Both the position numbers and the translations under genes were made by a program. This document shows, one piece after another, positions 26,501 through 54,140 of a DNA stretch of 64,000 nt (positions within the stretch are counted from its first letter, which is position 1; each line of letters starts with the position of its first letter). The stretch comes from Leptogorgia sarmentosa (taxonomy: Eukaryota): the NCBI GenBank assembly GCA_964658305.1, contig OZ210884.1, positions 2,790,001 through 2,854,000 on the forward strand, read 5' to 3'. Under the pieces are notes generated by a model. It was not told where the DNA came from. It did no database searches and saw nothing but the letters and a program-made list of their open reading frames with translations.

Positions 26501-29500
26501 AGTTTAGTGTCAAAATATGAATGAATTCACCGGTTTAAAATTTTCAAAACATCGTACGATTGAATGAACTTTGGACTTCACGGTTGACGCGCATGCGCAT
26601 TGTGCCCATTTAATTGTTGCCCGGTCAATAATTTTTTCATTTTTGACCGGTTGGCGAACATGACGTTTTGTGGACCGGCACGTGATACGGTTTTGTCCAA
26701 TCAGCAAACAGGAAAATTGAACTTTGACACCAACTATATAACAATATCAAATAAGACTCGTAAAACCAGGTACACTACTCTACTGAATAGTCAAGTTAGT
26801 CTTCTTCTCTGGAGCTGTGCCACATTAAATCACGTATCGGCTCTAGTATTTATGCAAAATTGTGATTACGTGTGCATTACCTTCTAAATAATCCATAGGA
26901 ATTAGCGATTTCGAAATGTTGAACTTGATTATACCAATTTCTCACAACAGGCCATATACTCTGCTGTGTTGATCGATCTAGACCCGAATAAGGAACCTAG
27001 AAGAATACATCCAAAATACACATTTGCGATAAATACGTCAGGAGTACATTTTTGGGCTAGGAGCATCCCTTTCAATAGCAATAAACCAAAGTTTGATTAG
27101 AAAGAGGAATTAGAAGAAGAACTATACACACCAAACTTATAGAGAATACCCAGATGGCGACACACCCCGCGAAGAAACATTGTAAAATTGAAGAAATTTT
27201 TGTCCAAACACTTTTGTACTTAAAGCACCTGTCGAATTAGAAAAAAAATACATTACCATGTAACAGATTGACAATTATCCCCGAGCCACGGCGCGAAGCG
27301 TCGTCCGGGCTTTAGCCCATGGCGAGGGAAATAATTCCGCACGGCTATTTGCACCCGGGTAAAGGGAAGCATAGCGGAGTCTGGAGTTGCTCGGCCGCCA
27401 TTTTGGGTCATGGTTCAAGGGTGTAAGGGTGGTCATCACCACATGATCACTGATCTCAAAAATATGGCGGACTATCATGAAGAGGTGAAGCTTTTTAAAG
27501 CTTTTAAGAAGCTTCTTAGAGCTTTAGGAGAGGAGAAAAGAAAGACAAGATCTGCGCTGTAAGACTTGAAAAGCCTTCTCAGAAGATATAAAACGCTGAG
27601 AAAGGGGAAGAAACGCCTATGGATTGAAACACAAGATAAGTTCGTATATTTACGATTTGTATGAAAGGTCGCCGGCCGTAGCCGCATTTAATGTATTCAC
27701 GGTTCAATTCCAGAGTATAAGTTTATGTTTTTTAAATGCAAGACTTCACAAAATATTTACAAACTTTACCCTATAAGAACACGAGCGAACATTGGTTGGA
27801 AATAGTTTCATATCAAAGACTGACTTGAATATTTAAAACGTTTCATGCAAATAAATGTATGATTTCGCACCAAATTCAAGTCAATATTACTCATAATAGC
27901 TAACAGTTGTGGATACACAGTAGTAAAGAGGTCATAATGCGGATGTTGGCCAGATGCACTGAGTTACGATGTTATACTGTGAATCGATGAGTGAACAGAC
28001 AAAGATTATGTATAATGTTTCACGTTAGAAACGTTGAATTGTTTTTATTTTTCAAATATGACCACCGCGGATAGCAGTCTTTGCGATAATTAGGTTGTAG
28101 TGTATACCTGAACAGACTGAGTGATATCTCGAATCCCAGAGATATTGCGCCAAGCCAAATAGACGCAGGGACAATTGTCTTCAGAGCAGAAGAGAATTCT
28201 GACTGAGAAAAACCTTAAGAAAGAAGCATGTGAGGAAGTGAAGAAGGTCGAATTAATAACACTAGCGAGTGAAAACTTTAAAGACTTAAGGTCGCTGTAG
28301 AGTCTAAAACGTGGTGTTTATATATATTTCACAGGATTGGGTCGAGAGTTGCTGCTGTCGAAAACTGTCGATTTTTTTATCGAAATTTATTACTTCATTC
28401 GATTGTGTGATGACGTTAATCGAACAGTGATCGAATCTCTCAGAAAAAGATGTTAAAACACCTTGGCCGTAAATTACTCCACAAAAGGTGTTTTGAAATT
28501 GGCCGCCATCTTGTTTGACATTTTAAAACACGTACACAACAGCATAAGCATTAAACACTTATTAAAAACGTCAATAATGCATTGGGTATGCTTGTCCGTT
28601 TCAAAATATATGGCGAATGGTGAATACCGAAATAAGCTTCGAAGTGTCAACCAAGATGGCGCCCGATGGCGGATTATGACGTCATATACAAACTAAGAAT
28701 ATAGGTTCCATCTTATAGGTTTCTTTCAAGGGAAAATTTCCAGTTAGGGTATCACCCAAATAGGTGACATGCTATTTTGTTATTTAAGAAATAGATAACG
28801 AGTCGCGTGCCATTATGCTGTTATAATGCACGAGGGAAATGTTGGGAGAATACGAGAGAATCGCGTAAAACACGAGGCGTAGTCGAGTGTTTTACGCGAT
28901 TCTCGAGTATTCTCACAACATTGCCCGAGTGCAATTATAACAGCATAATGGCACGCGACTCGTTATCTATTTCTTTTATAATATAAGAGAATATTAGCGC
29001 AACAAAAAACTTCGTTAGGAAGATAAAAATTACAATTCTCTTTACATGTAATCAAGCATGTTCTCAAATGTTGCCAAGCAGCAACACAGCTTTATTCCTT
29101 TAGCTGAGCGAAAGCAAACAATTCAAGCGTTTTTTATGGATGTATTTTTAGTATATATGTAATTTTTATTGTCTTTTTGTCAAACCAAAGAGTCGCGGGA
29201 GAAATTTAATAGCTAGATGCGTGCATTACGCTGTTATAATGCACGCTCATTAGCCAATCACGTTGCAGATTTTACCCTACTTATATTACAATAAGAAATA
29301 AAGTATACTAACCTACTTCGGTATAAATGATATCTTTGCTGTTGATTCTCAATGAGAGCAACCGTTTAGTCCAAAAAAACAAAGCGAATAGGACAATGAA
29401 TACAATGCTCTTTCTGATAAATTCGACAACACGTTGGAGATGAGGAAAATGATTTATCGTTACGCTAATTGGTCTTTCTGAAAAGAAATGTTACACAAAT

Positions 29501-32500
29501 TACTCTTATTTATGATACGAAGAGACTTTTAAACATCCAAACGCACGTCAGCAGACAACTAACGAATAGTGACTAGTATTATAATCAATTAAACTGTTTT
29601 ATTAATGAATTAGTTGCCTGATGGTTGCATTTTTGCATGAAACTTAAGGTAGCAAGTTATTCATTGTAAGAACTTTAATAAATTATTGATAGCTCTACTA
29701 TATTAATTCGGTGTCCCACAATTTCTGAGACATCGGACACGACTCATAATGAGCCGTGTTTTTCCCTGAAACTCATCTACACTATAGATGGGTCCCAAAA
29801 GGACGAAACGGTTCCGTCTGTAGTTAGATACGCTCCATTAGCTGATGAGGTTACACCGAGGCAGTGTTGAGCACTCCACTCAAGACAAGACTATGCTGCA
29901 AGCCATAGTGCAACGCTCACTGCGCGTGCGCAGTTTGAGCACTCTGGCATAGTTTCGGTGCCCCACAATTTGTGAGACATGGAACACGACTCATAATGAG
30001 CCGTGTTTGTTCCTGAAACTCATCTGCACTATGGCCGCTATTTTGAATTTAGCCAGGAGCGAGTGATCTGAGTTTTTGTTGACATTTGTAAACAAGCAAT
30101 ATTTTGCATAAATCAACGCCAGTGCCCAAATACATGTTCGACATCAGAATGCACAAGCAGAAACGAAGAACGCGCCTACTTCGAAAGTTGCCCTTAGTTC
30201 GCCGCAATTTTGTGGAGACAGAAATTTGACTGAGAAAAGACAGGAGCTCGCATTCCACATCCACCATTTGGTGATTGACAGTTTATGTGCTACCAGGATT
30301 AAAGTATATAGAGTATAATCGTTAAGCTCTAATCGAAGATTGAGATATATTTGGCTGTGCATATGTCTGTTTCAATGAGCTTTCGCGTTGCGATTTTTTA
30401 CGTTGGTTACCCTTCATAGATAATGAATACAATTATGTCAGTCTTGGGTGCCTGGTACAAGTTAGTACACGTCATATTGAAACTTACCAAAGGAGACAAG
30501 ATGGTCGTCATCAAGAAGGGAGAAACATAGAGCAATAGTCAGCAGATTGAAAAAGTTGTAATTTCCAGTGGCAATGATCAAAACTTGGAATAACACCTGA
30601 ATTGACAGAGAAATCAAAATTATCTAGAATTCAAGCTTAGGCAGTGTCGAAACTACTCAGGAATACAATGCAAAAGCTTTGCTTAGCTACAGGCTGAAAG
30701 TTGCAGTTCGCACACGACAGTGATAAATCTGCTGCCAAGATACTAAACGTCTTTATACAGTAATACCGCTTTATAATACCGCTTTAACGGTGTGAAAGCA
30801 ACAGCGTTAGTTCCATGGACATTGGACTATCCATCGTTGCGTTCGGGTGGTTTTTATTTTTATCCGAGACGAAATTGCAGCATTGAAATTACACCAGTGT
30901 GCTAGTGGCGAAGCCAGCCTGATAATTTGGTCATGCTATGTAAATTTAAGCCGCATCCGGACGAAGCTCGAGCGGACTATTTAAGAAATAGATAACGAGT
31001 CGCGTGCCATTATGCTGTTATAATGCACGAGGGCAATGTTGGGAGAATACGAGAGAATCGCGTAAAACACGAGGCATAGCCGAGTGTTTTACGCGATTCT
31101 CGAGTATTCTCACAACATTGCCCGAGTGCATTATAACAGCATAATGGCACGCGACGAGTTTTTCTATTTCTTTTATAATATAAGAGAATATTAGCGCAAC
31201 AAAAAACTTCGTTAGGAAGATCAAAATTACAATTCTCTTTACATGTAATCAAGCGTGTTCTCAAATGTTGCCAAGCAGCAACACAGCTTTATTCCTTTAG
31301 CTGAGCGAAAGCAAACAATTCAAGCGTTTTTTATGGACGTATTTTTAGTATATATGTATCTTTATTGTCTTTTTATCAAACCAAAAAGTCGCGGGAGAAT
31401 TTAATAGCTAGACGCGTGCATTACGCTGTTATAATGCACGCTCATTAGCCAATCACTTTGCAGATTTTGTCCTACTTATATTATAATTGCTCATAGACAA
31501 CAAGGCCAAGTTGTCTAATTGTTTTAGTATACACTCTATGCCCAGGATTATTTATATCAAGAAAATTCTTCAGAAACCTCAGCAAAACGCGAGTTTTCTG
31601 CAGTAGCCATATTGTTTTCCTCTGCTTTTTCGCCAACGGTGGTTTATCACGCAATAGACAACGGCTGAGTAGCCAATCAGAAAGTAGCATTTGTAATAGA
31701 CGATGGTTGGGTGCATACTAATTCTATGAATGCAGAAGGCACGATGAGCGTACACATTTCCATAGCATTACCAAAATCTCGGACTGCTTTCGCCACTGAA
31801 GTATGTGCAGTAGATTGAATACAACATACCTGAAGGTAGAAAGCAAAAATACGGAGCGACCGTATGGGAGAAAAGAATAAGAACGGGATTGGTCCTTCAA
31901 TAACGAATCTATAAACGATTGAAAAGTTTAAAAAAAAAGTAAAAATAGCACGTCTGCCTCTAGTGGGGGGAATTGTGAATCAAATTTTTTGTCAATTTGA
32001 AAATTAGCTACTGTAAAATATTGTGTGAAGACTTTGTTGTAGCTGCATTAATAAAAATGAACACGATCACAAAAATCAGAAATTAAAACATACTGTATCT
32101 ATGCATGGATTGTATTCCTTGCGTATTTATTTATAAACATTCTTCTCGGGTTATACCTTCCCTTATTTACGTCGTAAAATTCGGATACAATTTTGAATTC
32201 GAAGTGCAGAAAAAACCCCCCGATAAAAAATGAAAATGCCCGCATGGCACCTTGTTGAAATTTCCGAGCTCATTTCCAATCACTGTTCTTGTTTTGTCAA
32301 TTTCAACTGCATTCTGCGATTTCAAATAAAATTGCACTTATATCACAGTCGAAGTTATTAATTTTCATTGTTTATTACTACTTTTAATAAAAAAATATCA
32401 CCCAAATCAGAAATAAGCAACTGACAAAGATTTAAAAACCAAAAGAACAATTAAAATTCTTACGTCATTGCAACGCTAAATCTTTGAACCCAATCAGGCA

Positions 32501-35500
32501 GTTGATGTGCAAACCACGCCAGCGGAGTCGGAATACACTAACAATAGAAGAACACTTTTGCTAGCTTTTTACCATTTTAAGAAAATAGCTACTCGTAGGG
32601 CAAAAACGGACGCTCTGGGGATGAATCAGAGCAGTTATTTGTTAATATTTACGTTACAACTTTGCACACAATCTCACTTAATTTTATAAGAAATTTCAGA
32701 ATGATAATACCTTGTTAGCATTTTTTTTTTACACCGTTCTCTTTATAGTTATGAGGCAGCTCCATAGCAATGCCCTGATGCAATTGCCACAATGCAGTTG
32801 AATTTTACTATCGTTTTACTATATTACTTTTTATTCATTTTTTTAGAAATTTATTGTTTCATTCTATGCCCGCAGAAATATTCGCATAACAAATCACCGA
32901 GCTGGCTTTGCCGCTGTTGCTGCTGAGTTTGACAGTTTACGAAACAGAAAAAAAGCACTTGAGCTGGTTTTCACTAGGGTTATAGATCCAAGCCAAGCAT
33001 TGATGTTTTGAGCACGTATTACGTGAAAAGCTTGGTGGTAAAGACACAGTAATAACATTAGCAAAAATACGCGTGTAAGTTCTATTGCTTGGGCATCTAC
33101 AGTGTACCTGCGACTCGTAATGCCAGTTCAATGCTGTTAATCCCCACCATGTTGGACAGCCGCTGGTTAGTTTCACAACGCCAGACGCAAACATCAGCCG
33201 AAATAACAACCACTTCACCAACCACAGAGATATCGAATCGTGAGGAGAAATGGCGGAAACGCTAAAAAAACAAGTTCAGAATTAATTAATATCCTTTCAT
33301 TCCTCTTATTGTTTTCATATTTGTTCTGTTTTGCTCAAAAGGACCATAAACGGAAAACAGTTATGCCATCATATATGGTATGCAAACAATTTAGTATGTG
33401 GACAAGGCCTAATTTATAAGGCCTACTCTGGGGTCTAAACTCGCCCAAACTCGCAGCATATTGAAATGATCTTTTACCCTTAACTCGCTTAAACTCGCCT
33501 AAACTTGCCTAAACTCGCCTAAACTCGCCTTAACTCGCACAAACTCCCACCAGCTACATAGCATGATTTTCCCTTAACTCGCCTTAACTCGCTTTTACCT
33601 GCCTAAACTTGCGGCGAGTTTAGACCCCAGAGTAGGCCTTTTATAGCACAAACCTTGCTTTTTTCTTCGGCGCAACTAACATACATAAAAATCCAGCTTC
33701 TAGTAAGAGTATATCCCTAAAACATTAAAATTAATTATCCTTTTTTCAACGAAGATAAGTGGAAAACAATTTTTGTCATTGGCATGTTGCTTCTAAAGTT
33801 TTCGAAAATGTTTTCAATTGCTAACTATCGAAGAAACGGAAGAGAACGCTACGAAAAAGCCAATTGTTTTCAATTAAAAAATGTTAAAAATTTACAGTAT
33901 CAAATGAACCAAATTTGATGTTTATCGCCCTATCCATCCAACTACCCCAAAAATGATCAAACTCTGTATTTGTTGAATTCTTACCATTGAAACCATAAAA
34001 ATGTTTGACCAACCTGAAAAATAAGACAAGAAGAACATGGGATGGGAAAGTCAAGGAAAAGCTTTGGCAATGACACTTTACTAATAAAAACTAGCTTGCA
34101 GTACGTCGAACTGCTGCATGCCGTTGCAATATCTACTGTAGCTCTTTTTCTTGTGCCTCGTACGTATTATAATCAGAATCGGAATTACACTCTCTTGATG
34201 TTGTCGTTACCGCATGTGCTTGAGGGAGCGAGGTTGAAGTTTTATAGAGTCGCGCTTCCTGTGGGATAGCTGCGTGGGTGTACCACTATGTCGATCGATG
34301 CACGCAAAAAAATTGAAGTAACAAGTCTGCAACTAGCTGTTAACAGGTTGCGTTTGAACCGATTGTTCCATCACCATACCTGGAACAAGTTGTTAACAAC
34401 TTTTATTCTATAGTAGACAATGAGATCTCGAAAAAATACACAGCAAGACATTTTCCATGTCTGCATCAGTGAAGATTTTGATCACGTGATGATTTTCCGC
34501 CAGTAAATTTATTTTCAAAGTCGCGACGTTCGTCTAAGAGCGGCGTACAACATGCTTTTGTTGAGAAAACGTAACGAAAATACTACAAGAAAACGCTAAA
34601 ATTATGCCCGGTATTCTTCGAATTTGGATAATTTGAAGAATTTAGCATAATCGATGACAACAGACAAATTAATAGTGCCAAAATGCCAACAAGGTTTTAC
34701 GACTATGTAATAAAAAGAATTACATTCGCTGCACTCATTGGTAAAATGTTGTTTTCACCACTTGTAGCATTTGAACTGCCATAGCATATTTTCTTATCGA
34801 TAGTGACGACTGTGTTTATCATAGTAAACTTATGTCCGTATCCATGTCACACAGTATAGCTAGGCATTTAGGTGATTAGAAATTTACGTAGAGAAACGGT
34901 GTGCTGCTCCCAAAATCGAGTATTATAATTTCAGGTATTCTTGAAGTGAGAACCTACACGGAACTGCCGAAAGATAAAGCAACGCAAGGCAACGCAACGC
35001 AACGCAAGGCAAGGCAACGCAACGCAATGCAACGTAACGCAAGGCAATGCAGTGTAATGCAACGCAATGGAAAAGCAAAGGTAAGCAAAGGAAAGGAAAG
35101 GAAAGCAAAGCAAAGCAAAGCAAAGCAAAGCAAAGCAAAGCAAAGCAAAGCAAAGCAAAGCAAAGCAAAGCAAAGCAAAGCAAAACAAAGCAAAGCAAAG
35201 CAAAGCAAAGTAAAGCAAAGCAAAGCAACGCAAAACAAAGCAAAGCAAAGCAAAGCAAAGCAAAGCAAAGCAAAGAGTATTGTATTATTGTTAAGTATAC
35301 AAGACACTTACTTGATATAGCGAAAAGTATAACAACCACATGGTTGAAAACGAGGTGAAATCCCGCCAAGCCCTGCTTGCGATACCCAGCACGCCAATAC
35401 ATATGCCAATAATACACAAGAAACTCATGGCTGTCTGGGTAGTGAGACCAAGATCGCGAGCGTACCATAATAACGTTGGCTTTTGAAGAAACATCTCGTA

Positions 35501-38500
35501 GCTCGACGCCTTGGCACCTGAGAATATAGAGTAATGAAATTATTAACTATTTAACACTCTCTCAATTCAAACGACTGGAAATCCACTGCAGTGATGATGA
35601 TGTAATAACAAAATATGATTGGCTCAAAATCATAAAACCTTACAAAGATTGAAATGATTTTTATTATTTCAATCGAACAGCACACTGAAAGATGGTATTT
35701 CTGAATCGATGTGAACTCAATGTATTAGGCTGACTTATTTTTCAAACTGCCGAAAGAGAGCAATAGAGAATTTCGTCTAGCAGTATTTGTTTTACTTGTA
35801 TTATGTTTGCTGTATGAATTCATGTGATCTCGCATACAATAAAATCTACACACACATAGAGTATTTCTATTTTCTCATGGAACGATAGTTTCCGTGACAT
35901 GACTGATCATGACAACGACACTGCTATAATTATGATGTTTACACGAGGAGGAGGGGGTATCGCATTTTTCTAAAACCCACAGTCAAAGGTTGAGAATCCA
36001 CAATCCACGGTTTGAGAATCCCAAATCCCAGAATCCAAAGACGGATATCCCGATTCTAAGGAAGGGGATCAGGTTTCCAAACACCTTCTGGATTACCTCA
36101 CATTGGGCGAAACTTAATGAAAGATTTTCAACATTGAAACTGAAATCACTAATCACTTTAATCTACGAAAACTGGTTGAAATGTTATCAGTGTTGGAGGA
36201 AGTTCATGATTTAAGGTGATAAAAATTTCAGGATTCATTGACACTCCATAAGTGGCGTCGCCAGAGTCGATAAGTGAGGTGGACATATTCATATATTCGT
36301 GTTCGCAGACCATAAAAACAATCGATTTCAAAAGAAATTCATTGTGCAAAACACGAATATATGAATATGTCCACCTCACTTATCGAGCTGGCGACGCCAC
36401 TGCACTCCATGTTGCATTGAAATAAACGTTAATACTGACGCCATATCAAGCCCGTTTTCCACTCACATATTTCCCCACCGAAGTATTTAATTCGTTGTTC
36501 TTTCGCGCCGTCAGTGGAAAGGTCTGACAAAAGTTGAATATTTTAACAACCAGAGAGGCGGAACAAGTTTCCTCAGCGGCAAATTAATGCCTGAAATCAC
36601 GATTTATTGGCAATTTTCTTCGCCGGCGGTGGCGGAGAAATAATGAAGTGGAAAACAGGCTGTAATCGTCCTTCAGTTACCTTTTCTCAGAAGGTTTCTT
36701 GCAGGCAGCAAGCCCGAATCACCATAAAGACCTAAAAATGTATATTGAAATAATTAATATCCAGGGAAGCATCAGTGGAATATAACAAGCAACAGAATTT
36801 GAAAAGAATTTTATATGTATTCAATATAGGTAGTTAGCCAATAGAATTAGCAACCAAAATGAAGGGTAGCCTACATTTGCTTTTTTGCATATGCCTAAGG
36901 GTATATTTGTAGAAACTGAGGGGTTCGTTTGGGGAGGTGGTGTGGAAACGAGTGTCAAAGGCGTGAACGGACATGCCGCTCTCATTTCTTTAGGATTTCG
37001 AAAATGTCATTTTTATCATTATAGGCCAGTTTATAGATATTGTCTAGAAGCCATATATCCAAGATCTGTTGCAACTTGAACAGTCGTACAAGGCTACAAG
37101 CAGGCAATGACGACTGTTGTTAGATGATACCGCGGTAAGTTCAACGTGGGCAAGCATTTCGGTATTTCACAAGGACGACTTTTTGTCCCTCTTTCTATAC
37201 TCGTTTGTCCGATAATTGAACTAGTCGAAACATGAATTACAATCCCTAGCGACGCCGCTATCTTGGTTTTCCGTGGACAGTCGGTAGCATCCTGATTATT
37301 ATATGAATAATAGTAGCATTGGCATTAAGCATTATTGATGGAGACTTAAAATCGAACCCTGTGCATTTGATGTAATGGTAAGCGTGCGGGAGTCTTGTGC
37401 AGCATGTCTGGGTTCGATTCCCAACAGAGTGCTATTATTTTCGTAAAAATTTTTCTCCATCATTTTTCCAAAGGTTTTGGCCGATTTACTTTGAAAACGA
37501 TTTATTTTGGGGGTGTTTACAAGTTAATTAACATATTTTATCTAAGAATTAAGTTTTTCCGGTCGATTTTCCAACCAGGGCCGGTTGTATCATAAGCGTA
37601 TAGCTTATAAACGGTGGATATAAGTCAAAAATCTTAAACTAAATGGTGAACCATTGACTTCAAGAAAACTAAACATTTCTGTCTGAACATAACTATACAT
37701 AGGGCTACCCGGACCGCACACCTTTTTCATTGTTTTACCGGCTTCTGTCCGTCGCATATTTCCACCCCCTGCTCGCCACGCCCCTGTTTATATGAATATG
37801 TAATGAATGGTAACTGTGATTGGCTAATTTGCAGTCACATGACCCAAGCTAATTAAATGCAATGTTTCCCGTGCGGGCAAAAAGTAAACAAAATGGCGGC
37901 TTTTAACTTGTATAAGTTTACATAATGTTTTCACAAGTCTATCTATTTAAAGACTACAGAATCTAAAAGAGACGACGAATATACAGCAGGAAACAGGAAA
38001 TGTTTGATGCCCCTCAGGCAAGTGTTTAAATTTAAAATCGCTGTATTATCATTGTATTATTTTCAACACAAAGCACCTGGTCCTCGCAAAATACAATTGT
38101 TGTATGAATATTTTTTAATCTTTATTTCGTATGATGTTTAATCACTTAAAAAACAACACTTTCCCTTGGATTAACTTGGAAAGTATTGCACAACATGCCT
38201 TCGCCCTTCATTCATAATTATCAATTGGAGCAGATTTAAACGTAAGGTCAGACCAATGTTCATAATTATCTTGAACTTCAACGTATACTGCAGTAATTAC
38301 CAGTAACAAAAAGGAAAATTAAATCAGATCTAATAGACAATAGTATATTAATTTTGTAATTTTTCACTTGTGTCCAGGTGACGATTTAAATACAGTTGAA
38401 ATGTAGATTCAACAAAGCTGTTCTTTTATTTTCTAGTATAATGGTGCATGATTTGTCTGCATGTTACCAAATCATGTGGAAATAGTTTAGGAAATGACTG

Positions 38501-39414
38501 CACACAGGCAGCGTACAAGTATGGTATTCAGACTTGCAATCTGTGTTCCTTAACCGGTGAGTTAGCTGTGTCCACAGCATTTTATCTCTGTGAAGGGATT
38601 TAACTGCATGTTGCTAACTAGACATGAGTGTTAGCAGGTCAATTAAACAACTGATGAGTCAATGAAAGTTGAGATCGAAGCGATAGTTTACATGAAAGTT
38701 CTGTAAACTATCATGAGATGGTCAAATGAGGATTAGAGTTGTGAGAGTTGACCAATGATGATTAATGTTAGGGTCTGGTGAACCCACTTCTGTAATTCAT
38801 TGAACCGGTTGAATTTAAAGTTGATGTTGAGTGGTCGAACACAAGCAAGAGTTGCAAAAACTGTCATCAACTCTCATCCTTGTGTTTTACTGTTTCCTAA
38901 TAGTCTGGTATTCACACCAAGATGAATTTTACCCTCTATGGCATAATGAACCTACATTTAGGCAACTGCATGGTCAGAAATCCATTCGAGTTGCATCAGT
39001 TTACTTTATCACCCACCATATGGTTTGGGAAATCAAATTGTGGTTTGAATACGAGGACTTGCCCCTCTATAGTGTGAAGAGCAGTCAAATGTATCGAGAT
39101 TTTGTTTACATATCTTTTCTATAATTGTTGGTTCCGAAAGAAACCGTTTTTTTTATCTTTCTCATTAGCCATTCTGATTTGAGCAGGACAAGTCGATGAT
39201 GTCGATGAAGTGAACCAGTAGCGTGAGCGGTTGCTGTTTTTGCGAGCTATAGGCCCACCAATAGCTGCAGTGTACACAGCTATAAATCTAGAGCTATAAA
39301 TCTCGCATATCTCTTCTTACCTGGGATTTGGACATACAGCGAACCAAATGCAAACAAATATATCGCAGACATGCTCCACAGAAATATATCTTTAACCAAG
39401 CGTTGATTCGACAT
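23568..39414 (-). CDS. LMF2: Lipase maturation factor 2 (18 coding exons, about 662 aa)
   Basis: Exons: 39321-39414, 36681-36731, 35312-35517, 33985-34013, 33654-33716, 33108-33261, 32464-32537, 31830-31908, 30488-30596, 29313-29477, 28108-28213, 27132-27228, 26881-26996, 26144-26213, 25047-25101, 24277-24520, 23992-24100, 23568-23735. All GT-AG and phase-consistent. Motifs: [92 protein letters not shown]. The last exon could instead splice at AG|GTGAG near 23571. Confidence 0.95.
25171..25541. mobile_element. Tc1/mariner (pogo/Tigger-like) MITE
   Basis: TA|cagtaaaaccccgctaactcg ... cgagttaacgtggttctattg|TA, with internal ttcgagtta repeats. Confidence 0.7.
26341..26744 (+). mobile_element. 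Hairpin-capped element (family C); diverged inverted copy at about 61120-61510
   Basis: Palindrome at about 26349-26489; inverted pair ttgttatatagtt / aactatataacaa; ccaatca near the right end. Confidence 0.75.
28781..29292 (+). mobile_element. Hairpin-capped element (family D), copy 1
   Basis: About 190-bp palindrome at 28786-28975; inverted pair tataatataag / cttatatta; nearly identical to 30978-31487. Confidence 0.85.
30978..31487 (+). mobile_element. Hairpin-capped element (family D), copy 2, inserted into a family-E element
   Basis: Near-identical to 28781-29292. It splits gactat|tgctcatagacaac, which is contiguous (gactattcgctcatagacaac) in the family-E copy at about 16808-16828. Confidence 0.85.
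33418..33640. mobile_element. MITE with perfect 28-bp TIRs and internal 10-mer repeats (Kolobok-like)
   Basis: aaggcctactctggggtctaaactcgcc / ggcgagtttagaccccagagtaggcctt, flanked ttat...ttat; internal (taaactcgcc)n. Confidence 0.8.
34975..35275. repeat. (CAAAG)n / (CAACG)n pentamer microsatellite
   Basis: Directly visible; it explains the LCFAL and KQSKA ORFs. Confidence 0.97.
36250..36402. mobile_element. hAT MITE with perfect 8-bp TSD
   Basis: TIR agtggcgtcgccag / ctggcgacgccact; TSD cactccat at 36242-36249 and 36403-36410. Confidence 0.9.
37361..37433 (+). repeat. tRNA-derived SINE head or tRNA pseudogene
   Basis: A-box-like tgtaatggtaagc and B-box gggttcgattccc at tRNA spacing. The anticodon arm pairs poorly. 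Confidence 0.5.
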
Positions 39415-39709
39415 TTTACAGCAATAATTCAACGCTGAGGACCAGTGAGGCAACGACGAACCTACGCGATTGATTAGAAACTTTGGAAACAACTGTTAAA
39501 AGTACGATTTCAAAGAAAATAAACAATAACAAATCCACGTTGGTCTTTGGAAAAGTTTATCAAAGCGCCCGCGATAATTTCCGGTTTGACATGGGAACTT
39601 CATATAACGGACACTATAAGGCACAATAACAAAGGTCGAAATGAAATTGGCAAATATTATGCTTATCTCGGTATAATGATGTAGTTATTTTAAAAAATTT
39701 GGAAGACAA
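39415..39709. promoter_or_regulatory. Putative bidirectional promoter between LMF2 and METTL22
   Basis: Only 295 bp separate the two divergent ATGs (39414 on minus, 39710 on plus). Confidence 0.65.
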
Positions 39710-53644
<13,935 letters not shown>

Positions 53645-54140
53645 GCGGGATGTTTGTGACGTCATAAAAAAAGGAAAAGTCAAGAAGTCGCTTCTCACAA
53701 TGCCATTAAAGAATATTTCAACACGCACCAAAAATCGTGACGAATTCAACATTTTTCGAAAAAGTTCGAGGAGTTATGCTTGTGCTAATAAAACATGTTT
53801 TTGTCTTATGTCTTAAAACTTCTTCATCGCCAAAGGCTATGTGAAAACCAAGGTTTAGTTTTTAGTGAAAAAAAACTCTAAATTATTGAAAAACTTGAAA
53901 GTATATGAAAAAAAAATATTTAATGTTTACAATATTATATACTAGGAACAAGACACAAGATTTATTAAATGCTTAAGGAATTACACTAGATATCTATGTA
54001 AGATATTCCTATTACAGAAAGAAAATACTGGTTTTTACAATTCAAAATTAAATCCTGATACTCTAGAAAAAAACACTGGAAAAAAAACTGTCGGAAAGAT
54101 GTTCCACTCTTGATATAATTAACCCTGTGAACCATTTAAT

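Noticed and set aside
38300..39130. Possible hAT/TTF-zinc-finger transposase relic in LMF2 intron 1 (minus)
   Set aside because: Only faint fragments (PQFDFP, SEYH) across frameshifts; too weak to call.
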